The position numbers and the translations under genes were made by a program. A stretch of 64,000 nucleotides of DNA, taken from NCBI GenBank assembly GCA_002269645.1, contig NIVC01000482.1:186001-250000 (forward strand). The letters run 5' to 3'. The notes below the pieces were generated by a model. It did not search any database. It saw only the letters and a list, made by a program, of their open reading frames with translations, and was not told where the DNA came from. Source of the stretch: Macrostomum lignano (Eukaryota). This document shows, one piece after another, positions 52,383-64,000 of this stretch (positions within the stretch are counted from its first letter, which is position 1; each line of letters starts with the position of its first letter).

Positions 52383-53890
52383 TCTTATATACTAAAGTTG
52401 AGTTTGTTTGTTTGTTTGTTTGCTTGTAACAGAAAATCTTGCGAACGGAATGACCGATTTTCTCCGTTTTTGCACCATTAGATGGCAAATTGTCCGGAAT
52501 CGGTACACGTATTTTTAATAAGCTATCCAAATTAAAGAGGCCTCTCAATTGTCAGAAAACAGGTTTTTGCCCATCTCGCTAATGTATTTTTTCGGCAGTG
52601 AGAGCTTGCAAACGGTTTTGGCCATAGATTATAATGCTAATAGCTGTAGGCTGCTTGGTTTTTATGTAGCCCACTGCTTCCTTTCCTTCTTTCTTTTCTT
52701 TGGTTTTTGAACCCTCTAATAGTGCTTTATCTATTTAGCCCCACTGTATGATGGTGCGCCGTGGCGCAAGCCATTTGAAGAGAAGCCGTGACGCAAAGAA
52801 AAGACGACTGGCCGAGTCTGCTGGAGAGCGCGATGCCCGTCTGGAAGAGCAGCGGCGGCGAGACGCCGAGCGCCGCGCTGTTGAAGACGAGGCTGAGCGG
52901 TTTGCCCGTCTGGAGGAACAGCGGCAGAGACAGGCTGAATGTCGCGTTGCTGAAGACGAGGCTGAGCGGATTGCCCGTCTGGAGGAACAGCGGCAGAGAC
53001 AGGCTGAGTGTCGCGTTGCTGAAGACGAGGCTGAGCGGATTGCCCGTCTGGAGGAACAGCGGCAGAGACAGGCTTTGTTTCGCGCTGCTGAAGACGAGGC
53101 TGAGCGGATTGCCCGTCTGGAGGAACAGCGGCAGAGACAGGCTTTGTTTCGCGCTGCTGAAGACGAGGCTGAGCGGATTGCCCGTCTGGAGGAACAGCGG
53201 CAGAGACAGGCTTTGTTTCGCGCTGCTGAAGACGAGGCTGAGCGGATTGCCCGTCTGGAGGAACAGCGGCAGAGACAGGCTGAGTTTCGCGCTGCTGAGG
53301 ACGAGGCTGAGCGGATTACCCGTCTGGAAGAGCAGCGGCAGAGACAGGCTGATTGTCGGCGCGGTGAATCTGTCACCAGGTTACCTTGTGTCGAATCTAT
53401 TGTGCCCTTTAGTCAGTTGCAGGTCAATACCACCATTGGCGATGGCAACTGCTTTTTTCATGCCGTGTGCGACCAGCTACGTGGCACACCGCATGAAACC
53501 GATGCCGCTACCCTTCGGCACGAGTTGGCCTGTCGTGCAGTTGAACTTTTGCCACAGTTGGTCGCGAATGGCATCATCGCGCCTGATTGCGCCGATGAGA
53601 TTGCGAATTCCTCCTTTCAGGAAGGGGTTTATATTTCAGACGAAGTGGCAGCTCTGTTTAGTAGCTGCTTTGACATGGACCTGGTGATTTACCAGTCCAA
53701 TGGTAATGTGCTGCAATATTTCAAGTGTGACAAGCAGCCTCCCAATGCCACTGTGCGTGTGCTCTTGAGTCACGAGCACTACGAGTCGCTCAGACTTCGA
53801 CCGTCTCTGCAAGCTTCTTCAGGTGCAGAGTGTCCCAGGCCAATGGCAAGCGGCTCAAAGGCAGTGCCAGTTGACATCCACAGCACTACA
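52383..53890 (+). mobile_element. Helitron 5' portion (STPR/OTU type), truncated by a nested insertion
   Basis: Begins TCTTATATACTAAAGTTGA plus (TTTG)n, the head shared with the downstream units, and contains the STPR+OTU ORF. Confidence 0.7.
52748..53890 (+). CDS. Helitron-encoded protein fragment: 23-aa STPR-like repeats plus OTU cysteine protease
   Basis: About 8 repeats of EDEAERIARLEEQRQRQAxxRAA (69-bp period), then IGDGNCFFHAVCDQL (Cys codon 53450) and LLSHEHYESL. The ORF tail to 54028 is read-through into the inserted element. Confidence 0.8.
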
Positions 53891-54479
53891 TCCTATATAC
53901 TAAAAATGAGTTGTCTGTGGGTAGGTAGGTATGCGATAGATTTCAGAAAAAATGGCTTAACCGATTTTCTTCAAACTTGCACCATTCGATCAGAAATTTT
54001 CCTGGGACGGTACATGCATCTTGGCTAAGAAATTGCTCAATGCTAAAGGGATTAAATATTCGAAAAACCTGCTTTTTTGCAAAGGTCAAGCAAAATTTTC
54101 GACTTGAAATGCATTGTAAGAATGCTAGAGAAAAAACTGACTGGCTGAATTCCGATTGTGATAAAGATTGCATCACAACAAGTTGAAAACAGTGTCAAAG
54201 AAATGCACACACGACTTGAATGAAATTGCGTAACCATATTGGCAACTTAAATTGAGACTGATTCTGGCTGACTGAGAAATTGATTATGTCATAACTTTTT
54301 ACTCCAATTGACTTGCTGTAAGAATTGAATTATAAGGGCCACAATTTATGTTCTCTAATTGAAAAAGATAGCCCAGATGCGAACAGACTGGAATGCTAAT
54401 GTAGCGACTTGGGTTCGAATCTTAGTAGGGCAAAAAAGATTTTTTTTATTAAAACACCTTAAAAACACAAAACTTCTAA

Positions 54480-55565
54480 ACATAAAAGAAGCGCAATGTC
54501 AAACATAGAAGAGCCACCATGTCGAACATAAAAGAGCTAACATATCGAATATTAAAGAGCCACCATGTCAAACCTAAACGAGCCACCATGTCTAATATTT
54601 AAGAGGCACCATATAAAAAATATAAGTGACTTTATGTCAAACATAAAAGAGCCACCATTTCTAACATTAAACAGCCACCATTTCGAACATTAAAGAGCCA
54701 CCATGTCGAAAATAAAAGAGTCACTATTTCGAACATCAAAGAGCCACTATGTCAAACATTTAGGAGCCACTTTTTCGAACATTAAAGAGCCACCATGTCA
54801 AACATAAAAGAGCCACCATGTCAAACATTTAAGAGCCACCATGTCAAACATATATGTGACTTTGTGTTAAACATTAAAGAGCCACCATTTCGAACATTAA
54901 AGAGCCACCATGTCAAACATGAAAGAGCTATAACATGAAGAATATTAAAGAGCCACCATGTCGAACATAAAAGAGCTGCCATGTAAAATAACAAAGAGCT
55001 ACCAAGTTAAACATAAAAGAGCCACCATGTAAAACATTAAAGAGCCACCATGTGAAACATTAAAGAGCCACCATGTTAAACATTTAAGAGCCTTCGTGTC
55101 AAACCTAGAAGAGCCACCATGTCGAACATAACAGAGCTACCATGTCAAACATTAAAGAGCCACCATGTCAAACATTCAAAAGCCACATTGTCAAACATTG
55201 AAGAGCCACTATGTCAAACATTTAAGAGCCACTTTGTCGAACATTAAAGAGCCAACATGTCAGACATAAAAAAAGCCACCGTATCAAATAAAAAGAGTTA
55301 ACATGTAGAACAAAAAAGAGCCACCATTTCGAACATAAAAGAGCCAACATGTCAAACATAAAGAGCCACCATGTCAAACATTTAAGAGCCACCATGTCAA
55401 ACATATATGTGACTTTATGTCAAACATTAAAGAGCCACCATTTCGGACATAACAGAGCTACCATGTCAAACCTAAAAGAGCCACCATGTCGAAAATAAAA
55501 GAGCCACTATTTCGAACATTAAAGAGCCACCATTTCAAACCTAGAAGAGCCACCATGTCGAACAT
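54480..55565. repeat. Degenerate ~21-bp repeat (AAAGAGCCACCATGTCAAACAT)n
   Basis: Seen directly. Confidence 0.92.
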
Positions 55566-55569
55566 AAAA

Positions 55570-55945
55570 GATTCTTGCTATCTGGCGGATGCTTGCTATC
55601 TGGGGGATGCTTGCTATCTGGGGGATGCTTGCTATCTGGGGGTTGCTTGTAATCTGGAAGATGCCTGCTATCTGGCGGATGCTTGCTATCTGGGGGATGC
55701 TTGCTATCTGGGGGATGCTTGCTATCTGGGGGATGCTTGCTATCTGGGGGTTGCTTGTAATCTGGAAGATGCTTGCTATCTGGCGGATGCTTGCTATCTG
55801 GAAGATGCTTGCTATCTGGCGGATGCTTGCTATCTGGGGGATGCTTGCTATCTGGGGGATGCTTGCTATCTGGGGGATGCTTGCTATCTGGGGGTTGCTT
55901 GTAATCTGGAAGATGCTTGCTATCTGGGGGATGCTTGCTGTCTTG
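55570..55945. repeat. 18-bp repeat (GGGGATGCTTGCTATCTG)n
   Basis: Seen directly. Confidence 0.95.
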
Positions 55946-56126
55946 GGATGATTTCTTTTTGCATTGCACTTCCTTTGAGTATTTTGTCTGTTTTTTTTGT
56001 GAAGGCCTTTTTTGGCTATCTTTTTGTTACTTGTAGAGAACAGAGGTTCTATACAGATGTCCTCCAACGGGGGGCGAAGATTGCTAGTCCTCTCTATCTA
56101 TCTATCTATCTTCTATCTTCTATCTA

Positions 56127-58357
56127 TCTCTATATATACTAAAGTTGACGCGTTGTTTGTCTGTCTGTATGTCTGTCTGTATGTCTGTCTGTATGTCTGT
56201 CTGTCATTTCGACAACTCCTCCTTGAATAGTGCCAACTCAGCGTTGAAACTTATATGGGAAGATTGGAAATTATCCGAGGTCGGCTATAGGCTATTTTAA
56301 TTCTGAAATTTTAATTTCTAAGATCCTCAAAAAAGCAGAAAACTTGAATCTTGACCTTTGATAATCTTAATTGTCCCCTCTTTCTGCTTGGAGCTGAAAA
56401 ATGCATGAATTTTTAGTGATTGCGCCACAACTTTTCCCTATCTCTGTAGTGTATTTTCTTTCCAGTGGGGGTTGGGAGCGTTCTCAGTGGCTGCGTGTGT
56501 ACACTTGGACCCTGGCTCACTGGCTGACTGTATAGATAATTGCGCAATGATATGGCTACTGATAAGTTTTCCTGCCTTTCAATGGGCAGCCCTGTGTATT
56601 TGTTGGACATTGAAATTCAATGCATCAACTTGCAAGCAGGCAGTCAACGTACACTCGATACTTCAATGCAATAAATCAGACAGTTTTAAACGCTAACTGT
56701 TCCTCGAGTTTTAAACTTTGATAGGAGAAACTGATATTGCTGGAAAGATCTTGCAACGCTGAGTTCGGGGATATAAGTTGTTTGCTTTAAATATGAAAAG
56801 AAAAAGCACAGCATTTGAAAAACTATTTCCATACTTTTAACTTGCTGCAAAGATTGTACTCAGTTTTGCGAGACGTAATAGATAAAGCTGGGGGGAGGGT
56901 TCAACTTCTCACTGCTGCTGTGTATTGGAGGGTTGATTTAGATTGCGCAATGCTTTTGTTAACTTTAACTGAGACTGATACTGACTGACTGTAAAATCGG
57001 TTGCGCAATGAATTGATTCAATTAGTTCAATCAGTTGTCTTTTAACACGATGCTGTGCGTAGTTCTAACCCTAACTCTAACCCTCACCAATGAATCCGGA
57101 GAGTTAAGTTGTTTGACGGAAAAAATTCGATTAAGTCCAGTTTAGCGGAGACGATTTCAATGTTTTAATTTTGACGGAGAGGATTTCTGTTTCGTGGAGA
57201 GGATTTCGATGGTGTTCAGTTTCACGGAGAGGATTTCGATGGTTTTCAGTTGCACGGACAGGATTTCTGCTTCGCGGAGAGGATCTTGATGGATTTGGCA
57301 TCTTCAATTAGTCAGAGAAGAGAGTAAAGAGAAGAATGAAAAGAGAAGAGAGATTAGATGATAGAAAACAGAGTAGAAATGAGTGGAGAGATTAGACATG
57401 ACAGATGGGAGAGAAGAGGGGAGTAAGGCGGGAACGAAGGAGAGAGAAGAGAAGAGGAGAGAGGAGATGAAGGAAGAGGATATGAGAGAGAAGATATGAG
57501 ATAGAAGAGAGGAGACAGGACAGAGAAGAAAAGAGGGATAAGAGCGCACAGAGGCAATAGAAGAGAGGAAAGAGAGGAGAGAGGTGAGAGTTGAGAGGAG
57601 AGAGATGAAAGATCAGAGATCAGAGATTTAAGAGAAGAAAGTAGTGAGGAGAAAGAAGAGGGTAAAGATGAGAGTGCAGAGAGGAGAGAAACGAGAGGAG
57701 ACAGGTGGTAGAAAGGAGTGTAAAAACAGCAGATAAGAAAGGGGAGGGTGAGAGTGAGAGCATATAGGAAAGTGTAAAAGGGGAGCAGAGTAGAGAGAAT
57801 AGATAAGTGAGTAGAGAAGAGATATGAGAGAGGAGAGACGAGGGGAGAGAGGAGACAGGAGAGAGTAAATTTGAAAGACCTGGGAGAAGAGATAAATAAG
57901 ATAGTACAGATGAGAGGAGAGAGATGAGAGATGCAAATAGAAAAGAGATAAGTGAGAAAAGAGAGAGAGAGAGATTTGAGAAGAGAGGGGAAAAGATGAG
58001 AGGAGAAAGGAAAGGGAGAAGAAAAAATGGAGAGGAGAGAAAAGAAAGGTGACAAGAGACGGTAGTAAGGAGGGCAGAAAGATGGAAGATAAGAAAGGAG
58101 AGGGTGATATGAAAGATATGAGATATGAGAAATGAGAGCAGAGACATGAGAGTCCGAGTCTGGACAATGCCAGTGAGTTTTTGCAAATAGGGAAAACAAG
58201 ATATCCGGTAATTGAAATGCATTGTAGAGGATTTGGAGATGATTTGGAAGATGGGATTCAAGTCATGGAATTTCAGCTGATGGGAGTTCTTCCCCTTCAG
58301 AATTCCAGTGATGGGAGTTCTTCCCCTTTCTCCTCCAGAGGAGGAGTTCCACTCGTA
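56127..58357 (+). mobile_element. Helitron tandem unit 1 (non-autonomous)
   Basis: Head TCTATATATACTAAAGTTGAC plus (CTGT)n; GA-rich interior; tail hairpin CTCCTCC-AGA-GGAGGAG (58331-47) then TTCCA-CTCG-T. Confidence 0.8.
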
Positions 58358-60019
58358 TATATACTAAAGTTGACGTGTTGTTTGTCTGTCTGTCTGTGTG
58401 TGTGTGTGTGTGTGTGTCATTTCGACAACTCCTCCTTGAATAGTGGCAACTCAGCGTTGAAACTTATATGGGAAGATTGGAAATTATCCGAGGTCGGCTA
58501 TAGGCTATTTTAATTCTGAAATTTTAATTTCTAAGATCCTCAAAAAAGCAGAAAACGGCGGTCTTGACCTTTGATAATCTTAATTGTCCCCTCTTTCTGC
58601 TTGGAGCTGAAAATTTGCATGAATTTCAAGTGATTGCGCCACAACTTTTCCCTATCTCTGCAGTGTATTTTCTCTCCAGTGGGGGGATGGGGCGTTCTAA
58701 ATGGCTGCCTGTGTACAATCGGACCCTGGCTCACTGGCTGACTGTATAAACAATTGCGCAAAGATTTGTGTTCTAATTTTCAATAGGCAGCCCTGTGATT
58801 TTGTTGAACCTTGAAATTCAATGCATAAACTTGCGGGCCTCTTTAGCAGGCAGAGAACGTACAATCGATATTTCAATGCTTTAAATCAGAAAGTTTCAAA
58901 CGCAAACTGTTGCTCGAGTTTATAACTTTGAGAGAAAAAATTTATATTGCTGGAAAGAACTTGCAAAGCTGATTTCAGGGATATAAATTGTTTGCTTCAA
59001 ATATGAAAACTAAAAGCTCTGCATTGCAAAAACTATTTCCATACTTTAAACTTTCTGCAAAGATTGTACTCATTTTGGCGAGAGGTGAGAGATAAAGTTG
59101 GGGGTTTCGACTTCTAACTGGCGCTGTGTATAGGAAGGGGGTCAGTTGCTTTGTATTGGAGGGTTGATTAGATTGCGCAAACTTTTTGTTAACTTTAACT
59201 GAGACTTATACTGACTAACACAGAAATATATTGCGCAATCAATTGATTCAATTGGTTCACTTTTTTATTATCGGCCCTGTGTATTAGCTTGGCAGTGAAA
59301 TTCAATGTACAAAATTGCGAGCCTCTCAGGCAAGCAGTCGGGAAATTGGGAAATTAGAAACGGCAACTGTTCCACGAGTTTTAAACTTTAAGAGAAGAGA
59401 CTTATATTGCTGGAAAGAGCTTGCAACGCTGAGTTCGGGGGTATAAGTTTCTTGCTTTAATCATGAAAACAAAAAGCACAGCATTCAAGAAAAATCTTTC
59501 TTTAAATTTTCTGACACTATTCAATTCAAATAACCCGTGTTGGGGCCTGGGGTGGCGGGCCGCGGTGAAGTGATAGGGTTCAGTGTACACAGTGAATGCC
59601 CAGTAGGCTACAGATAGCAATGAAATGAAAGAACGATGAAATGATGGTTACTTTAACCCCAACCCCCGGCCCAATGAAGAATTCACACCTTTTCGTGCAT
59701 AGTAATTGGTGAATTCTAAATTAATAAATTAAATCGATTGTCTGTATGTACATTGAAGATAAGATAAAATTTAGTCCACAGAGAACTGTCCGCTGATTGG
59801 TTGGTTAGGCAGCAGTTTTACTCATCAAAGCGATGTTTGTACACTTGGTGTAGAGAAGTGGAGATTTAGTGACGCAAAGCTGCAGGCACGGGACAGCTAA
59901 TTGCTTTATATAAAGTCACGTTTTGTTTCGATACCACCGATCCACACTTGGCCGGATTGTTTCAATCGCCTCTCAATATTTTTAAAAATATTTTCTTCAA
60001 ATATATTCCTTTTTTTGTA

Positions 60020-60843
60020 ATGCCTAAACGCGGTCGAGGCAATTTGTCCCGCTCTACACGCGCTGCATCTGGTGCCAAGAAGCGGAGGGACTCCGAGACA
60101 CCAGAGGAGCATGCAGCACGCCTGGAGCAGAATAGGCTTTGCCAGGCGGAAAGACGCGCAGTTGAGGGCGAGGCCGAGCGCCAGCATCGCCTCAAGCAGA
60201 ACCGGCTGCGCACAGCTGAAGACCGCGCAGCTGAGGACGAGGCCGAGCGCCAGCATCGCCTCGAGCAGAACCGGCTGCGCACAGCTGAAGACCGCGCAGC
60301 TGAGGACGAGGCCGAGCGCCAGCATCGCCTCAAGCAGAACCGGCTGCGCACAGCTGAAGACCGCGCAGCTGAGGACGAGGCCGAGCGCCAGCATCGCCTC
60401 GAGCAGAACCGGCTGCGCACAGCTGAAGACCGCGCAGCTGAGGACGAGGCCGAGCGCCAGCATCGCCTCGAGCAGAACCGGCTGCGCACAGCTGAAGACC
60501 GCGCAGCTGAGGACGAGGCCGAGCGCCAGCATCGCCTCGAGCAGGACCGGCTGCGAACAGCTGAAGACCGCGCAGCTGAGGGCGAGGCCGACCGCCAGCA
60601 TCGCCTCGAGCAGGACCGGCTGCGAACAGCTGAAGACCGCGCAGCTGAGGGCGAAGCCGAGCGCAAGCATCGCCGCGAGCTAGACCGGCAGCACACAGCG
60701 GAATGCCGCGCGAGTGAATCGGAGACGGTCCACATGCATCGCCTTGACGTGCAGCGGCAGCGACAGAGTCAGCGTCGCACGGCTGAGGCCGCTGATGAGC
60801 ACGACCTGCGTCTGCATGCGCAAGCAGACCGGCGCCGAGACAG
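60020..60843 (+). CDS. Helitron RepHel N-terminal exon 1 (STPR-like 23-aa repeats)
   Basis: MPKRGRGNLSRSTRAASGAKKRRDSETPEEHAARLEQ, then repeats of EDEAERQHRLEQNRLRTAEDRAA; donor AG|gtaggc, phase 2. Confidence 0.78.
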
Positions 60844-61192
60844 GTAGGCGTTTCACTCATTTTTATTTTACAATGTACATCAATGCTTTTACTGTGTATA
60901 ATATTCTATGATAAGTATTATTAGTTCTTTTTTATAAGTTCTTATTATTAATATTAAAATTAGTTTATTATTAATATTAAAATTAGTTTACTATTACTTC
61001 TTATCGGACAAACAACACGTGAAAATTAGTATATAAGAAGATAGATTATAACCTTTATAATGTATATTTTTGTAGCCCATACATTACAACCTTTACGTAG
61101 AAGGCTCCTAGCGTAATAGGACTTTATATCCACATTCAGCATCTTTACTTAAATGATCCTCATAATTAAATTTCCCGTTTTTTGCTTCTCAG

Positions 61193-61310
61193 ACTGCTGG
61201 AATTGGCACACCAGCCACATGTCCTCGGCCGCATGGACCGTCAATGTCCCCACTGCGGCGCGCTACGCTGGAATGACGAGCCAGCCAGCATCTGCTGCCA
61301 CTCTGGCAAG
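61193..61310 (+). CDS. Helitron RepHel exon 2 (zinc-finger-like motif); not in the ORF track
   Basis: tttgcttctcag|A CTG ... GGC AAG|gtgagt encodes LLELAHQPHVLGRMDRQCPHCGALRWNDEPASICCHSGK, the LG-M-C2C-W-E-CC-GK motif of Helitron proteins. Confidence 0.8.
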
Positions 61311-62003
61311 GTGAGTCCAGTTTTTATTAATTAGTTTTATTGATCATTTTACTGAATACTTTATCAATGGCATGAAGCTAAAATGAAGATAAAAGGAGCA
61401 AGGGGAGGAGAAAAGAGAGAATGGAGAGGATAGAAAAGAGAGAAGAGAAGAGACAGGGAAAAGTGGAAAGGACGAAAGAAAGATTGGAGACAAGTAAGTG
61501 GAGTGTGAGAGCGTATATGAGATATGAGAAATGAGAGCAGAGAGGAAAGAAAAGAGAAGAGAGAGAGGGTTAAGAGAGACGATAGATAAGTGAATAGGGA
61601 TGACATATAAAAGAGGAGAGAAGAGGGAGAGATAAGAGAGAAGAGAGAAGACAGGAGACAGAAGTGAAGAGGAGAGATATGAGAGAAGAGAGGAGACAAG
61701 AGACAGGAGAGGGTACAGACGAAAGACGAGGGAGAAAACATAAATAAGGGAGTACGGGTAGAGATGAGATGAGAGAGAGGAGAGAGAAGAGAGTCACGAT
61801 AATAGCACAGAGTGGAGAGAGTAGATATGAGAGACGTGAGAGTCTTTGAGCTATGGTCTTTGAAAGGTTTTCTAAAGAATTTGGAGACGATTTGGAAGAT
61901 AGGGTTCAAGACATGGAATTTCAGTTGATGGATATTTCAGGGAATGGAATTCCGGTGATGGGAGTTCTTCCCCTTTCTCCTCCGAAGGAGGAGTTCCACT
62001 CGT

Positions 62004-64000
62004 ATATATACTAAAGTTGACGCGTTGTTTGTCTGTCTGTCTGTCTGTGTGTCTGTCATTTCGACAACTCCTCCTTGAATAGTGGCAACTCAGCGTTGAA
62101 ACTTATATGGGAAGATTGGAAATTATCCGAGGTCGGCTATAGGCTATTTTAATTCTGAAATTTTAATTTCTAAGATCCTCAAAAAAGCAGAAAACTGCCT
62201 TTTTGACCCCCAATAACCTTCTTTTGCTACTCTGCCTGGGGCTGCAGCCAGTTTGTAAAAATAGCCACCCCAACCTCCGCCCGCGGGCTGCTGTGTATTG
62301 AGGGGTGGTGGGTGCGCGTGTTCTGCGTTCAATGCAAATAAAACCCCCCGCGTGTTGGGGGTTGAGTTAAATTTAATGGTTTCCCCAGAACGGGGGTAGG
62401 GCTTGGGCTGAGTGTACATAGCAGTTGTACAGTGTAAATAGATAGACTGTTTCGAGATTCAATTGGTTTTATTATCGGCCCTGTGTATTTATTAGCTTGG
62501 CAATGAAATTCAATGAACAAACTTGCGAGCCTCTCAGTCAAGCAGTCGGGAAATTGGGAAATTTCAAACGCTAACTGTTCCTCGAGTTTCAAACTTTGAG
62601 AGGAGATACTTATATTGCTGGAAAGATCTTGGAACGCTGAGTTCGGGGATATAAGTTGTTTGCTTTAAATATGAAAAGAAAAAGCACAGCATTGAAAAAA
62701 CTATTTCCATACATTTAACTTTCTGCAAAAATTGTACTCAGTTTTGCGAGACGTAATAGATAAAGTTGGGGGGAGAGTTCAACTTCTCACTGCTGCTGTG
62801 TATTGGAGGGTTGATTTAGATTGCGCAATGTTTTTCTTAACTTTAACTGAGACTGATACTGACTGACTGAGAAATCGGTTGCGCAATCAATTGATTCAAT
62901 TGGTTCAATTTTTTATTTGAACACGCAGCTGTGTGTTGCTTTAACCCTAACCCTAACCCTAACAATAACCCTAACCAATGAATCCTGATATTTATTTTTT
63001 TTGACGGAGAAAATTTCGATTGAGTCCAGTTTAAAAGAGAGAATTTCGATGGTTTTCAGTTTCACGGAAAGGATTTCGAAGGAGTCCAGTTTCACGGAGA
63101 GGATTTCGATGGTTTTCAGTTGCACGGACAGGATTTCTGCTTCGCGGAGAGGATCTTGATGGATTTGGCATCTTCAATCAGTCAGAGAAAAGAGTAAAGA
63201 GAAGAATGAAAGCAGAAGAGAGATGAGATGATAGAAAACAGAGTAGAAATGAGTGGAGATATTAGACATGACAGATTGGAGAGAAGAGGGGATTTAGGCG
63301 GGAACGAAGAGGGAGAGAGAAGAAAAGAGGAGAGAGGAGAGAAAATAGATTAGGGATAAGAGCGTACAGAGAAAATAGAAGAGAGGGGAGAGTAGAGGAG
63401 AAAGAAAGAGTGAGATGAGGAAATGAGGGATGAGAGAGGAGGGGAGACAGGAGAGACAAGAAAGGAGAAAAGAGGGGAGAAAGGAGAAAGGAGAGAGTAG
63501 AGACGAAGGACCAGTTAGAAGATATAAATACGGTAGTAGAGATGAGAGGAGAGATAGGAGAGAGAAGCGAGAGAAGAAGCGAGAGGAGACGAGAAAGAGG
63601 AGAGAGGAGAGAGATGAAATAGATAAGAGAGGAAAGAGAGGAAAGTAGTGAGGAGAGGAGAGATGAGAGATGCGATGATAAGCGATGAGTGAGAACATAA
63701 GAGAGAAGAGAGAAGAGATTAGAGAAGAAAGGGGAGAAGATAAAAGAAGCAAGGGGAGGACAAAAGAGAGAATGGAGAGGATAGAAAAGAGAGAAGAGAA
63801 GAGACAGGGAAAAGTGGAAAGGAGGAAAGAAAGATTGGAGACAAGTAAGTGGAGTGTGAGAGCGTATATGAGATATGAGAAATGAGAGCAGAGAGGAGAG
63901 AAAAGAGGTGAGAGAGAGAGAGAGAGAGGGTTAAGAGAGACGATAGATAAGTGAGCAGAGATGACATATGAGAGAGGAGAGAAGAAGGAGAGATAAGAGA
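62004..64000 (+). mobile_element. Helitron tandem unit 3 (runs off the window)
   Basis: Third copy of the head block (TCATTTCGACAACTCCTCC...AAAAAAGCAGAAAA), same internal modules, (TAACCC)n at 62942-76 and GA-rich tract. Confidence 0.8.

Larger units (their letters stand above)
53891..56087 (+). mobile_element. Non-autonomous Helitron carrying internal minisatellites
   Basis: A|TCCTATATACTAAAAATGAG 5' end; imperfect hairpin GTCCTCC-AAC-GGGGGGC then CTAG|T at 56084-88. The 3' end assignment is inferred. Confidence 0.6.
58358..62003 (+). mobile_element. Helitron tandem unit 2 (internally deleted, keeps RepHel 5' exons)
   Basis: Same head directly after the unit 1 tail; ends CTCCTCC-GAA-GGAGGAG-TTCCA-CTCG-T (61977-62003). 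Confidence 0.8.

Noticed and set aside
53891-54028. C-terminal tail of the 426-aa OTU ORF
   Set aside because: Read-through into an inserted Helitron head.
54385-54432. GGGTTCGAATC B-box-like motif
   Set aside because: No cloverleaf or convincing A box; at most a tRNA/SINE relic inside a Helitron.
57304-63967. Leu/Ser-rich minus-strand ORFs and Arg/Glu-rich plus-strand ORFs
   Set aside because: Translations of GA-rich low-complexity tracts inside Helitron units, or antisense shadows of the STPR exon.

Overview
Eukaryotic (animal) genomic DNA with spliceosomal introns, GC-rich coding exons and a very high load of micro- and minisatellites. The overall style suggests a free-living flatworm such as Macrostomum; this is inference only. 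Supported genes: last exon of a NUDT5-like Nudix hydrolase (+); a 5-exon single-pass receptor with SUEL lectin and CUB domains (-); a universal stress protein (-); tRNA-Leu(TAG) (+); a 2-exon single-pass membrane protein of unknown family (+); a caspase-like C14 peptidase with a QPCRG motif and a possibly caspase-derived N-terminal half (+); a secreted PAN/apple plus C-type lectin protein (-); a 3-exon NPY/NPF-receptor-like GPCR (-); and WDR46/UTP7 (-). The last 12 kb is a Helitron nest. It contains one element encoding 23-aa STPR-like repeats plus an OTU protease, a non-autonomous element inserted into it, and a head-to-tail array of Helitron units, one of which keeps spliced RepHel N-terminal exons. 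MITEs (one hAT-type with an 8-bp TSD), two tRNA-derived SINE-like copies and a decayed LINE 3' end are also present. Most long ORFs in the supplied track are repeat artefacts. All coordinates were read by eye and gene models are unverified by transcripts.
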